This document shows, piece by piece, positions 1 to 8,932 of a DNA stretch of 64,000 nt. The stretch spans positions 32,001 to 96,000 of the forward strand of contig BTVY01000021.1 in NCBI GenBank assembly GCA_045863335.1, written 5' to 3'. The DNA comes from Candidatus Hydrogenedentota bacterium (GTDB lineage Bacteria > Hydrogenedentota > Hydrogenedentia > Hydrogenedentales > SLHB01). Positions within the stretch are counted from its first letter, which is position 1; each line of letters begins with the position of its first letter. The notes beneath the pieces are model-generated. The model was not told the DNA's origin. It saw only the letters and a program-made list of their open reading frames with translations, and searched no databases. Position numbers and translations under genes: made by a program.

Positions 1-397
1 GAACGAGCCAGGGCGTGTTCGTGTTGTTATCGACCTGATATCCGCGGCAGTCGTTTGGAATGTCGCCGTCGAAGATCTCGCTGCGAAACTGGAAGCCCCC
101 GTTGACCGTTTCGGCGCTGACAATGCGGTGCTTCAGTTTCAGCTCGAAGTCACCGAGTTTTCCGCCCTGCCATACGAGGTAATGGTTGCGCTCGGTAGGA
201 TGCTCGGCAGTGATTTTCGCGGTAATCGCGCCATCTTCGATGGACCAGAAACTCATGTCCGCCGCTTGCCAGCCGTCGAGGGATTCGCCGTCGAAAATGG
301 GTTTGAACCCGTCGGGGTCCGCTGCGTTCGTATCGGCAATTCCTGCCGACGCAGCAATCAAAATCATGGATACAGCGGCAACTTGGCGAGCGTCCAT
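1..397 (-). CDS. DUF1080 (3-keto-disaccharide hydrolase family) secreted protein, runs off the window edge
   Basis: Not in the ORF track. Manual minus-strand translation from ATG 397: MDARQVAAVSMILIAASAGIADTNAADPDGFKPIFDGESLDGWQAADMSFWSIEDGAITAK...DFELKLKHRI...NGGFQFRS...GYQVD, which matches DUF1080 motifs; signal peptide present. Confidence 0.8.
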   Translation of the reverse strand, partial: MDARQVAAVSMILIAASAGIADTNAADPDGFKPIFDGESLDGWQAADMSFWSIEDGAITAKITAEHPTERNHYLVWQGGKLGDFELKLKHRIVSAETVNGGFQFRSEIFDGDIPNDCRGYQVDNNTNTPWLV

Positions 398-478
398 TCC
401 AGTTTCCCTTCACGAGGTTTCGGTTGCCCGGTATCGTAACCTTAACGCTTCCAGCGCTCAAGCCGAACTTGAAAGCGA

Positions 479-675
479 GGGCTCCAGCGAGAACGTGTAG
501 CGATTTGTGAAGCACGGTGTTTCGGGGGAAGATGGGCCCCCGCGTTCGCGAGGGTGACGGTGCGGGTGATGTCGTGGGCTCCTGCGAGAACGTGTTGCGA
601 TTTGTGGAGTACGGAGTTTCGGGTGAAGATTGGCCATCCTTCGCGGGGATGGCGGGGCGGGTGGCTGAACAGTCC
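479..675. repeat. Degenerate tandem duplication, ~97 bp unit x2
   Basis: gggctccagcgagaacgtgtagcgatttgtgaagcacggtgtttcgggggaagatgggcc (from 479) vs gggctcctgcgagaacgtgttgcgatttgtggagtacggagtttcgggtgaagattggcc (from 576). Confidence 0.8.
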
Positions 676-679
676 GGGC

Positions 680-735
680 TTGCGTAATCCTGTTCGCTGT
701 GGTTTAATGACCGAAAGGACTGAACAAGTTTTCAG
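680..735 (+). promoter_or_regulatory. Sigma70-like promoter with a downstream palindromic operator (SOS-box-like)
   Basis: TTGCGT(680-685)-17 bp-TTTAAT(703-708) with TG extension; CTGAAC-AAGT-TTTCAG at 720-735 just before the ATG at 739. Confidence 0.5.
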
Positions 736-738
736 ACT

Positions 739-1803
739 ATGTTAGACCCTCGATCCCCCATAAGAGGACGCGGCGCGACGCGCCAACCAGCCAACCGGTT
801 CGACGAAATCGCCTACGAACGCGAGCCGGATTGGGACGACTCCGAGGAGCCGCGCCCGGATACCCAGTTCATCCCGGACGCGTCGAAGTCGATTATCAGC
901 ACCAATGACAGCCCGGACATTCCCTTCGCCGCCAGCATCAACCCCTATCGCGGATGCGAGCATGGGTGCATCTATTGTTACGCCCGGCCGACGCATGAGT
1001 ATCTTGGGTTTTCGGCGGGCATCGATTTCGAAACGAAGATCATGGTCAAACACGACGCGCCCGCGCTGTTGCGGATGGCGCTGTCGTCCCCGAAGTGGGA
1101 GCCGAAGACTTTGGCCATCTCGGGCGTCACGGACGCCTATCAACCCATCGAGAAACGCCTGCGATTATCACGGCAGTGCCTGGAAGTGCTGGCGGAATTC
1201 AGGAACCCCGTTGGGATCGTCACGAAGAATCGGCTTGTCACGCGGGATATTGACGTGTTGGGTGAGCTTGCCCGTCACCAGGCGGCGCACGTGTGCTTGA
1301 CCGTCACGACCTTGGACGTGGAACTGAACCGCGTGCTCGAACCGCGCACGTCGCTGCCCCGGCAACGGCTGGACGCGATTGCACAACTGTCGGACGCGGG
1401 CATTCCCACCGGCGTGATGGTGGCGCCGGTCATTCCCGGACTGAACGAAGAGGAGATCCCGGCCATCCTGGAAGCAGCGGCGAAGGCGGGCGCGCAGACA
1501 GCGGCGTACATCATGTTGCGGCTGCCGTTGGCGGTGGCACCGTTGTTCGAGGCGTGGCTGGAGGCGCACTATCCGAACCGCAAGGATCGCGTATTGAACC
1601 GGGTCAGGTCGCTGCGGGGCGGCAAGGAAAACGATCCCCGCTTTGGCAGCCGCATGCGGGGCGAGGGATTTCACGCCGACCAGATCCAGCGGCTCTTTCA
1701 CGTGGCATGCCGGAAGCAGGGCCTGAACGGCAAAACCGTCCCCCTGTCCACCAAGGCCTTTCGCCGGATTGACACCAGCGGGCAACTTGGTTTGTTCGAA
1801 TAG
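739..1803 (+). CDS. PA0069-family radical SAM protein (spore photoproduct lyase-like, putative DNA repair)
   Basis: NPYRGCEHGCIYCYARPTHEYLG (CxxxCxxC), N-terminal RGRGA, TDAYQPIE, C-terminal QLGLF. Confidence 0.9.
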   Translation: MLDPRSPIRGRGATRQPANRFDEIAYEREPDWDDSEEPRPDTQFIPDASKSIISTNDSPDIPFAASINPYRGCEHGCIYCYARPTHEYLGFSAGIDFETKIMVKHDAPALLRMALSSPKWEPKTLAISGVTDAYQPIEKRLRLSRQCLEVLAEFRNPVGIVTKNRLVTRDIDVLGELARHQAAHVCLTVTTLDVELNRVLEPRTSLPRQRLDAIAQLSDAGIPTGVMVAPVIPGLNEEEIPAILEAAAKAGAQTAAYIMLRLPLAVAPLFEAWLEAHYPNRKDRVLNRVRSLRGGKENDPRFGSRMRGEGFHADQIQRLFHVACRKQGLNGKTVPLSTKAFRRIDTSGQLGLFE

Positions 1804-1889
1804 GCGTCTTCGCCTTAGATCGAAGTCATTAGCGGGGCCGGCGCTCGACTTGAAACGCCGGCCACGCGTTTCCAACAGTTAAGGCGGAT

Positions 1890-2261
1890 TTAGGCCGCGC
1901 CGGGCGCCTCGGCGGCAGGCTCTTCGGCGGGGGCAGCCTCAGCAGGCGCTTCGGCGGGCGCTTCGGCCGCAGACCCTTCGGCGGGCGCTTCGGCGGCGGG
2001 GTCGCTGGCCGGCATTTCCTCTTCAACCGATTCCGCGCTTTGTTCCGCGGGCGGTTCCGCAGGCGTCACCTCGACCGCGGCAGGCTCCTCCATTGCGGGC
2101 TCGGCGGGCATCTCCATTGCCGGCTCCGAGGGCGCAGCGGCCTCAGGCTCGGCCGGAGCCGCGGGCTCCGTCGGTTGCGGGCTGCAACCGAAACCACCGG
2201 CTACGATTAGGCCGAGGGTCAATGCGAGGGTCAGCAATCCGGCGAATGGTCTCAACATCAT
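1890..2261 (-). CDS. Pro/Ala/Glu-rich putative lipoprotein
   Basis: GGGAGG SD before ATG 2261; hydrophobic signal ending GFGC, followed by low-complexity PAEPA repeats. Confidence 0.7.
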   Translation of the reverse strand: MMLRPFAGLLTLALTLGLIVAGGFGCSPQPTEPAAPAEPEAAAPSEPAMEMPAEPAMEEPAAVEVTPAEPPAEQSAESVEEEMPASDPAAEAPAEGSAAEAPAEAPAEAAPAEEPAAEAPGAA

Positions 2262-2518
2262 GCACCTCCCACGCGGTTCAGGAAGACAAGGCCACGATTC
2301 GCACAGGGACTTCACGTATCTCCGGCCTCGTCTCGCTGCACCACGATCCTCAAGAATGAAGCCCCTGTAGATTTCTCTATCTTACTACAGATCGACGCGC
2401 GCGACAATACGCGATATCAAACGTCAGCGTTCCGGCTCGCTGGCCCGAACTCCAGGCAGCCGGCAACCCCTTGGCGTGTCTGACGGAGCGCGGTATACTA
2501 GGCCTCGGGAGGCTGCAC

Positions 2519-3607
2519 ATGGCGACCGAAGTGAGACGGTACGAAGATCCGGTGATCCGCCCGGCGCACCATTTTGCCGGAGCGCGGGACCACGCGGCAC
2601 CGCAGGATCGGCTGAAGGCAATTCGGGAGGCGGCCCAACGGTTTCGCGCCGAGATGCTGGAGGGCGAGGCCGTGCCCTATTACGCCTCCTTCGACCTCGT
2701 GCGCGTGCCGTATCCGAGACGCTACGCGTTGAAGGACGCCTGCACCGTCCCCACGCCCTACGTTCATATTCTCAACCGCATGTTCGTGGTGCAGTTTCAG
2801 AGCGAGGCGGGTCTTAAGACGATGCTCGTCTCCCCCTCCGACTACCGGCGCAATGCGGAAACACCGTTCTTCCGCTCCATGTCGGAGGGCATGGGCGCGT
2901 TGCGCACCTTCATCGAACCGTATATGGCGCCGGAACTCGGCACGGTCGACACGTGGCTGGCGCAAATCGGCATCCGCCCCGATCGCGTGGACTACATTAC
3001 CTTCGATCACCTGCACACGCAAGACCTCCGCCGCTGGCTTGGCGTCGAAGACGGCCCCGCCTTTTTCCCCAATGCCAAGCTGCTCGTCATGCGGCAGGAA
3101 TGGGAGTCCGCGAAAGCGTTGCTCCCGCCACAGCGGCAGTGGTATTGTCCCGACGGCATCGCGGGAATCGATGCGCGCAAGGTCATCCTGTTGGACGAAG
3201 ATGTGTTTCTCGGGAACGGGGTTGCGTTGATTCAAACGCCCGGCCACACCGAGGGCAACCATTCCATCGTCGTGCGCACGCCGGAGGGGCTGTTCGTGAC
3301 GAGTGAGAACGGGGTCGGCGCGGACTCATACGCGCCGTCGCGTTCGCACATTCCCGGGCTTCAGAAATACGTGAAGACTACCGGCATCGACGTGGTGCTG
3401 AACAGCAACACGCTCGAACGCGGGCTTGACCAGTACATTTCGATGATTCAAGAGCGGGAGATCGCGGGACCTTCGCCGCGAAACGGAGATTTCTACAACG
3501 TGGTGACTTCGTCGGAGCTGGCCTCGTACTGGATGTTTCCGGGTATCCGGCCAACTTTTGCGTTCGGCCCGGTGTCGTTCGGTTCGCATCAGGGAGTCGC
3601 ATCATGA
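2519..3607 (+). CDS. Metallo-beta-lactamase-fold hydrolase
   Basis: DYITFDHLHTQD and TPGHTEGNHS motifs; GGGAGG SD before ATG 2519; stop overlaps the next gene. Confidence 0.75.
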   Translation: MATEVRRYEDPVIRPAHHFAGARDHAAPQDRLKAIREAAQRFRAEMLEGEAVPYYASFDLVRVPYPRRYALKDACTVPTPYVHILNRMFVVQFQSEAGLKTMLVSPSDYRRNAETPFFRSMSEGMGALRTFIEPYMAPELGTVDTWLAQIGIRPDRVDYITFDHLHTQDLRRWLGVEDGPAFFPNAKLLVMRQEWESAKALLPPQRQWYCPDGIAGIDARKVILLDEDVFLGNGVALIQTPGHTEGNHSIVVRTPEGLFVTSENGVGADSYAPSRSHIPGLQKYVKTTGIDVVLNSNTLERGLDQYISMIQEREIAGPSPRNGDFYNVVTSSELASYWMFPGIRPTFAFGPVSFGSHQGVAS

Positions 3608-4455
3608 GCGGCAAGACGCCCACGACGCATTTCATGACGGGTTGCGGCAGTGGCATCGGCCAGCATGTGGCGGATCTGCTGATCGCGCGAGGCGACCGCG
3701 TCTATGCGACGGACGTTAATCTCGAGGCGCTGAAAGCCCACGCGGCGGAAAAAGCATGGCCGGAAGATCGCGTTCAATTGGACACCTTCGACGTGCGCTT
3801 TGCGGACGCCTGGGAGCAGGTGTTCGCCCGGGCCGTGGAGGCCTTCGGCCGGATCGACGTGTGCATGAACATCGCCGGCGTCATGTTATCGGGTTGGGCG
3901 CACGAGCAACCGGCAAATGAAGTCGATCTCCAAATCGACGTGAACACGAAAGGCGTCATCTGGGGAACGCAGGTTGCCGCGCGCCACATGAAGGAAATGG
4001 GCGGCGGACACATCGTGAATATCGCGTCCCTCGCGGGCGTCAGCGCCATCCCGGGCATCTCAGTCTATAGCGCCTCCAAGTTCGCCGTGCGCGGCTTTTC
4101 ACTTGCGGCGGGATTTGAACTCAAGCGATACGGCGTTTACGTCACCGTATTCTGTCCCAATGCCATCAAGACGCCCCTGCTCAAGCAGTCCTCCCAACAC
4201 GACGCGGGCGCGGTCGTGTTTTCCAGCGGGCGACTGTTAACCCTTGAGGAGGTCGGCGACGTCATGTTGAACCGCGTGCTGACCCGAAAGGAACCCGAGG
4301 TGGCAATCCCCCTGCGATGGGCGTGGACCGCGAGGCTGGCAAACCTCGTGCCGGGGATGGGCGCGTCCATCCTCCCGTCTCTCATCAAGAAAGGGCGTGT
4401 GTATCAAAGCCGCCACGCCAAGTCGGCCGACGGAGGCGCGGCTGAAGACTCCTGA
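3604..4455 (+). CDS. SDR family oxidoreductase
   Basis: TGCGSGIG, NIAGV, NIASLAG, YSASK (YxxxK). Confidence 0.92.
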   Translation: MSGKTPTTHFMTGCGSGIGQHVADLLIARGDRVYATDVNLEALKAHAAEKAWPEDRVQLDTFDVRFADAWEQVFARAVEAFGRIDVCMNIAGVMLSGWAHEQPANEVDLQIDVNTKGVIWGTQVAARHMKEMGGGHIVNIASLAGVSAIPGISVYSASKFAVRGFSLAAGFELKRYGVYVTVFCPNAIKTPLLKQSSQHDAGAVVFSSGRLLTLEEVGDVMLNRVLTRKEPEVAIPLRWAWTARLANLVPGMGASILPSLIKKGRVYQSRHAKSADGGAAEDS

Positions 4456-4505
4456 GACGGTGTACGAAAAGGTGGTCGAAGCTCGCCAAAGTGGCGAATC
4501 GCCTT

Positions 4506-4584
4506 TTGTGGTGCGGGCTTCCAGCCTGCATCCTGAAGGGAATGTGCTGCAAAAAGCGGTGCAGGCTGGAAGCCCGCATCACAA
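4506..4584. repeat. REP-like inverted pair (GTGG/GTAG-type)
   Basis: ttgtggtgcgggcttccagcctgca ... tgcaggctggaagcccgcatcacaa between convergent genes. Confidence 0.75.
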
Positions 4585-4613
4585 GCGGCCAGGCTGGAGC
4601 CTGGCGGTCCCAG

Positions 4614-6008
4614 TTAATTCAGGTCGAAGGTGTAGAGATCGGCGTTGGTTAGTTGGAAGAGGATATGGACTTCGGGTTCTTCGACGGCGCCGATGGATTT
4701 ACCGGCCCAGGTGATATCGTGTGCGAATCCGGATTCGGTCAGGGGGTCGCAGTCGTCGAAGCTGAAACCGTCGACGACCTTGTTGTTGCCGTAGCGCAAC
4801 TCGGCGCGGATCTCGCCCTCGACGTTTGCGTTCACCGTAAGCCGTTTGCCGCGCGCGTCGATGGGTCGCGTCAATACCAGGCCGGGCTCCTCCGGGTTCG
4901 CGGCGCGAAGGCCGATCAGCCGGTCGCGTTCGGCGGTCATGAGTCCGATGGCGCAGACGTTCTCTTCCTTCGTGTCGTGGGGCAAGGGGAATCCACCGTA
5001 GTAGAAGCGCATCTCGTTATCCACGATAACCGGCGCGTCGGCGATCATGCTCATGCCGTGGTCCCAGGCGCCTTCCGCGCCGCGCTCCACCCAGGCGGGA
5101 TGCGTGGGCAGTTGGGTCCAGTGCACGCCGTCGCCGCTCCACGCGAGTTCCGCGTGCATGAATCCGGTCGAACGGTCGTAGATCTGCAGTGCGCCGAAGA
5201 AGAGATCGCCCCGGCGAAAGACGGTCATGCCGTAGAACTCGGGCTTTTCCGTTTCCGTCGGCACGAGGATGGTCGTCTCGTGGGTCCAATGTTCGAGGCC
5301 GGTGCTCTGCTTCATGGCGACGCGACGGCGATGGTTTCCGGCCCACGCGCGTGGCCGGCAGTACAGGAACCACTGGTCCCCCACTTCGTCGTACACGAAG
5401 TTGTTGTGGGTGTCGCTGTGGTACGGGATCGCGGGTTCGGTGAACAGGGACGTGAAGGTCTTCCCGTCTTCCGACGACGACACGAACACGCCGCCTTTCT
5501 GGTTGTGGATCGCGAGAAACTTTCCTGGCCATCGATCCGGATCGGGATTCAGGCACACGTCAATGTTCTGCGTCTTGTCCGTGCCGAGTTTGATGCAGTT
5601 GTTCTCCGTGCTGCCTTCGTAATCGAACACGCCCAGGGGCGGCCGCCGCCACGCGATGCCGTCCTCCGACTCCGCGTAGCAGACGTTGTAGGAGAAGGGC
5701 AGCTTGTTGTAGTAGGCCTCCCGGTTCCACACCGTGTACCACATCTTGAACAAGCCGTCATCCGGGTCGCGCAGAATCGACCCGCCCATGTGCGGCCCGG
5801 TTCCCTCCCAGGGAAACTCGCGCTCGATGAGGGGATTGTCGGGATGCCGCTTCAGCGGCACGACAAAGCGTTCCGCGTTCCATCGGTCCATGACCACACG
5901 GTCGTCGCACAGGAAGTATGGGCCCTTCGCGGCCGTGACGCGGTAGGCATCGTCGAGGCCAGAGGGAGCGTTCAGCGCGAACAACATCGCAACAAGCACA
6001 CCAGACAT
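4614..6008 (-). CDS. Secreted five-bladed beta-propeller glycoside hydrolase-like protein (GH32/GH130-like)
   Basis: Signal peptide; HPDNPLI..PWEG, YAESEDGIAW, SSSEDGKTF, WSGDGVHW Asp-box-like repeats; C-terminal beta-sandwich (LTVNANVEGEIRAEL). Confidence 0.7.
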   Translation of the reverse strand: MSGVLVAMLFALNAPSGLDDAYRVTAAKGPYFLCDDRVVMDRWNAERFVVPLKRHPDNPLIEREFPWEGTGPHMGGSILRDPDDGLFKMWYTVWNREAYYNKLPFSYNVCYAESEDGIAWRRPPLGVFDYEGSTENNCIKLGTDKTQNIDVCLNPDPDRWPGKFLAIHNQKGGVFVSSSEDGKTFTSLFTEPAIPYHSDTHNNFVYDEVGDQWFLYCRPRAWAGNHRRRVAMKQSTGLEHWTHETTILVPTETEKPEFYGMTVFRRGDLFFGALQIYDRSTGFMHAELAWSGDGVHWTQLPTHPAWVERGAEGAWDHGMSMIADAPVIVDNEMRFYYGGFPLPHDTKEENVCAIGLMTAERDRLIGLRAANPEEPGLVLTRPIDARGKRLTVNANVEGEIRAELRYGNNKVVDGFSFDDCDPLTESGFAHDITWAGKSIGAVEEPEVHILFQLTNADLYTFDLN

Positions 6009-6033
6009 AAGCGCTCAGAACTCCTCTTCGCCG

Positions 6034-6339
6034 TCAGTCGAGTTCGACGGTCTTGATGTTGGCTTCGTAATCGTCCAGCAGGTCACGATGGGCTTGCGGC
6101 CAGCCCGCCGTTAGATCCTGTCCTTCCTTTTCGGTAAGCATGATGCGCAGGCTCCGGGACCTGTAGTTGGGAGCATCCGATTCCTCGCCGGAATCGATGC
6201 ACACGACCTGGCGAGGTTCCGACGTGGCCTCGGCGTAGAAATCCCTAAGTTGCTGGGCAAATCGCCTCGCTTCCGCCGGGGTCACGTAAAGCGCCATGCC
6301 TGTGATCTGCTGTTTAGTTCGAAGGTCAACGATTCTCAT
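6034..6339 (-). CDS. Small acidic hypothetical protein (Imm32-like immunity protein candidate)
   Basis: Likely start ATG 6339 (MRIVDLRTKQQITGMALYVTPAEARRF) overlaps the upstream stop (ATGA); GGAGGG SD. Confidence 0.55.
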   Translation of the reverse strand: MRIVDLRTKQQITGMALYVTPAEARRFAQQLRDFYAEATSEPRQVVCIDSGEESDAPNYRSRSLRIMLTEKEGQDLTAGWPQAHRDLLDDYEANIKTVELD

Positions 6340-6674
6340 AGACACTGTCCCTCCCGCGGCAAGTTCTCCTCCGGTCCCACGTTCTCGATCTGGCCTTCCG
6401 CGTCGTGAAACAGCTGCAGCAATCGCGAATCCCGGGGGTCGTGCGACGTGCCGTCGGCTTCGTAGAGCAGGCCGGTCACTTCGCGCATCGTGTGGGTTCG
6501 CCACACCACGGGAGGACCATCCGTAAAGTCCATCATGTGCCAGTGATCATCATAGGGAAACTCACCTGCAGCGCAAACCTCGAAGAAACCCAACAAAGTC
6601 TGAAACCCTTCTTCCCGCAGTAGCAGGCACGCGTCGAAGATCTGTTGATTACTATCGTCGTCGTACATTCGCAT
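6336..6674 (-). CDS. Small acidic hypothetical protein, probable paralog of the downstream ORF
   Basis: MRMYDDDSNQQIFDACLLL shares MRxxDxxxxQQIxxxxL with 6034-6339; GGGGAG SD. Confidence 0.6.
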   Translation of the reverse strand: MRMYDDDSNQQIFDACLLLREEGFQTLLGFFEVCAAGEFPYDDHWHMMDFTDGPPVVWRTHTMREVTGLLYEADGTSHDPRDSRLLQLFHDAEGQIENVGPEENLPREGQCL

Positions 6675-6745
6675 CAGAATTCTCCCCCGACGTTGACTCC
6701 TCGCGAGTCAAAAGACGCCTGCCGTGGAAGACGGGCGCCGCAGAG

Positions 6746-7318
6746 CTACGTCGGATGCTGTGCAGTCAATGCCTGGTCCAGTTTCTTCCGAATTCGCGGC
6801 GAAACGTCGCATTGCTCATTCAGACTACGCGCCAAGAGCGCGAAAATCCGATCCTGGTTTGCTTGATCATAAATCGTCCAATTAATAAAGATCTTCATGC
6901 TCTCGGCGCGGAGAATGACACTCCGTCCGTCGTAAGAATCCATAACCGATACGATTTCACTCCACCGCACAAACCGATCCCGTCCGATAAGATAACTCTG
7001 GGAGACTCCGCCAGCGTAAAACCGATCCGAATAACTTCTAACCAACATCGTCAGAGTGAATGCAATGCACGCAAGGGACCATAGAATCGCGACAATCGTG
7101 ACCCGACCGAGAATTGGGTTAAACACGTGCGAATAACCCGCCGCTCTCCGAACGAGCAGCAATGCGGGGACACCCCAAAGCGGCACGGCAATGGCGAGAA
7201 TGTAGAAAGCAAGAGCCAAGAGGGGCTGCTTCACACCGCGGGTTTCAATAAGGATCCGCTCTCCGAGTTCCGGGTGTGATGGTGTCGGCTCTATGTGGGT
7301 TCGTTCATCGCTCCGCAT
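6746..7318 (-). CDS. Hypothetical membrane protein (2 TM helices plus PH-like C-terminal domain)
   Basis: Two hydrophobic segments followed by FVRWSEIVSV; GC content is lower than the flanking genes. Confidence 0.6.
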   Translation of the reverse strand: MRSDERTHIEPTPSHPELGERILIETRGVKQPLLALAFYILAIAVPLWGVPALLLVRRAAGYSHVFNPILGRVTIVAILWSLACIAFTLTMLVRSYSDRFYAGGVSQSYLIGRDRFVRWSEIVSVMDSYDGRSVILRAESMKIFINWTIYDQANQDRIFALLARSLNEQCDVSPRIRKKLDQALTAQHPT

Positions 7319-7321
7319 CGC

Positions 7322-8185
7322 TCACCGTCCCGGCAAGATTCCCGATGTTACGACGCCTACCTTGTAGAGGCCCGTGCGGGCGGTGATGTAGAGGGTTTTG
7401 CCGTCGTTGCCGCCGAAGGTGCAGTTGGCGGGGGCTTGGGGGGCGACGACGGTGTGGACGAGTTCGCCGGCGGGCGTGAAGACGCGGACGCCATCTTCGG
7501 CGGTGCACCAGACGTTGCCTTTCGTGTCGATGGCCATGCCGTCGGGATAGGGCAAGTCGCAGAAGACGCGGCCGTTGCTAAGGGACCCATCCTCGGCGAC
7601 GTCGAAGGCGCGGATTTCGAGGCCTTCCGTGTCGGCGACGTAGAGGGTCTTCTCGTCGGGCGAGAGGCCGATGCCATTGGGCTTGATGAAGTCGTCGACC
7701 AGCAGCGTGAGCGTGCCGTCGGGTGCGATGGAATACAGGCCCTGGTGGGGCAACTCCTGTTCGCGGCCCTCCAGACCGTAGGGCGGATCGGTGAAGTAGA
7801 TCGTGCCGTCGGACCGCACGACGGCGTCGTTGGGACTGTTCAGTTTCTTGCCCTCGTAGGTATCCGCGAGCGTGACGATGGTTCCGTCGTCTTCCGTGCG
7901 CGAGACGCGGTGGTTCCAGTGTTCGCACGCAATCAAGCGGCCTTCCTGGTCCAGCGTAAGGCCGTTGGACTTGCCGCTGGGTTTGCGGAAGACGGATTTG
8001 TCGGTGCGGAAGATGGTGTCCGCCGGGATGTCGCTATAGACGAGTTCGCCGGACGTGAGCCACACAGGGCCTTCGGTGAACTGGAAACCTTCGGCGACGG
8101 TTTCGACGGGACCGGTGACGTAGTCCTCCGGCGCGGCGACGGCGGCGAGGATAAGAATGGACGCTATGGACGATATGGACATCAT
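7322..8185 (-). CDS. SMP-30/gluconolactonase/LRE family protein
   Basis: FTEGPVW, SNGL, LNSPND, PNGIGLSPDE, PDGMAID, ANCTFGG; signal peptide from ATG 8185. Confidence 0.92.
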   Translation of the reverse strand: MMSISSIASILILAAVAAPEDYVTGPVETVAEGFQFTEGPVWLTSGELVYSDIPADTIFRTDKSVFRKPSGKSNGLTLDQEGRLIACEHWNHRVSRTEDDGTIVTLADTYEGKKLNSPNDAVVRSDGTIYFTDPPYGLEGREQELPHQGLYSIAPDGTLTLLVDDFIKPNGIGLSPDEKTLYVADTEGLEIRAFDVAEDGSLSNGRVFCDLPYPDGMAIDTKGNVWCTAEDGVRVFTPAGELVHTVVAPQAPANCTFGGNDGKTLYITARTGLYKVGVVTSGILPGR

Positions 8186-8283
8186 GGACGGTTTCCTCGT
8201 TAAGTTGATTGATGTCAGTAGAGTCTCGCACGAGAGCGTCGGAGAATCAACGTGCGGGATATCGATGGCCTCTGAGGGGGCCT

Positions 8284-8370
8284 GAGGTGCCATGGCCTTC
8301 CAGGCCATGTCTTCGAGGTGTCATGGGCATCCTGCCCTTGAGCCACACGGGCGGGACGCCCGTGTCTTGA
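8284..8370. repeat. Cluster of REP-like palindromes (CATGGGCATCCTGCCC / CACGGGCGGGACGCCCGTG family)
   Basis: gaggtgccatggccttccaggccatgtcttcgaggtgtcatgggcatcctgccc...cacgggcgggacgcccgtg; the same modules occur at 34981-35089. Confidence 0.8.
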
Positions 8371-8406
8371 GCATCCATGTTTACCGCGACTACTGCGTGG
8401 TGAATG

Positions 8407-8652
8407 CGCCCCGAAGGGGCTGAGACAGGACAGCCCAGGGCAACGCCCTGGGTTATCGGACTAGTAGATAATGCAAGCCCTGAAAGGGCGAAACAGACAT
8501 CCAAATCGCAAGAGACTTTGGCCCACGATTTTCTCTCTTTCCGTCGACGGGATGCCAATAAGCTGTTTTGCCCTTTCAGGGCAACCATTATTAGGGATGG
8601 ACGGTTTCCCAGGGCGTTGCCCTGGGCTGTCCTGTTAGGGCCCGTCGGGCCG
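8407..8652. repeat. ~250 bp composite inverted repeat (REPIN-like, CCCAGGGCAACGCCCTGGG family)
   Basis: Left arm gccccgaaggggc..cagcccagggcaacgccctggg..gccctgaaagggc; right arm gccctttcagggc..cccagggcgttgccctgggctg..ggcccgtcgggcc. Confidence 0.8.
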
Positions 8653-8737
8653 AAATGTGGAAACTCAAGACTCGGGCGAGACGCCCGTGCTCCTTGAGGG
8701 ACACCGACGGAATTGATCCACCGCGATAAAATCACGG

Positions 8738-8860
8738 GATCCCGATTTCGATCCCGATTTCGATCCCGATTTCGATCCCGATACCGATACCGATACCGAT
8801 ACCGATACCGATACCGAGGTCGAGGTCGAGGTCGAGGTCGAGGTCGAGGTCGAGGTCGAG
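8738..8860. repeat. Compound hexanucleotide microsatellite (CGATCC/CGATTT, then CGATAC, then CGAGGT)
   Basis: Directly visible run of about 20 CGAnnn hexamers in three blocks. Confidence 0.95.
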
Positions 8861-8932
8861 AAAAAATTTACACGGCTGTTTGTTTCAAGACGCGGGTATA
8901 ACGGTACGCCTTAGGGGCGGGATCAATTTCGG

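Noticed and set aside
479-675. Possible CRISPR array
   Set aside because: Only two long degenerate units, no repeat-spacer structure, and no cas genes in the window.
8247-8735. ORFs of 97-162 aa across the REP cluster
   Set aside because: They are translations of palindromic repeats; the same pseudo-peptide text recurs at ~35000.
8713-8901. 63-codon ORF with RSRF/RY/RG dipeptide repeats
   Set aside because: Artefact of translating the hexamer microsatellite; no SD.
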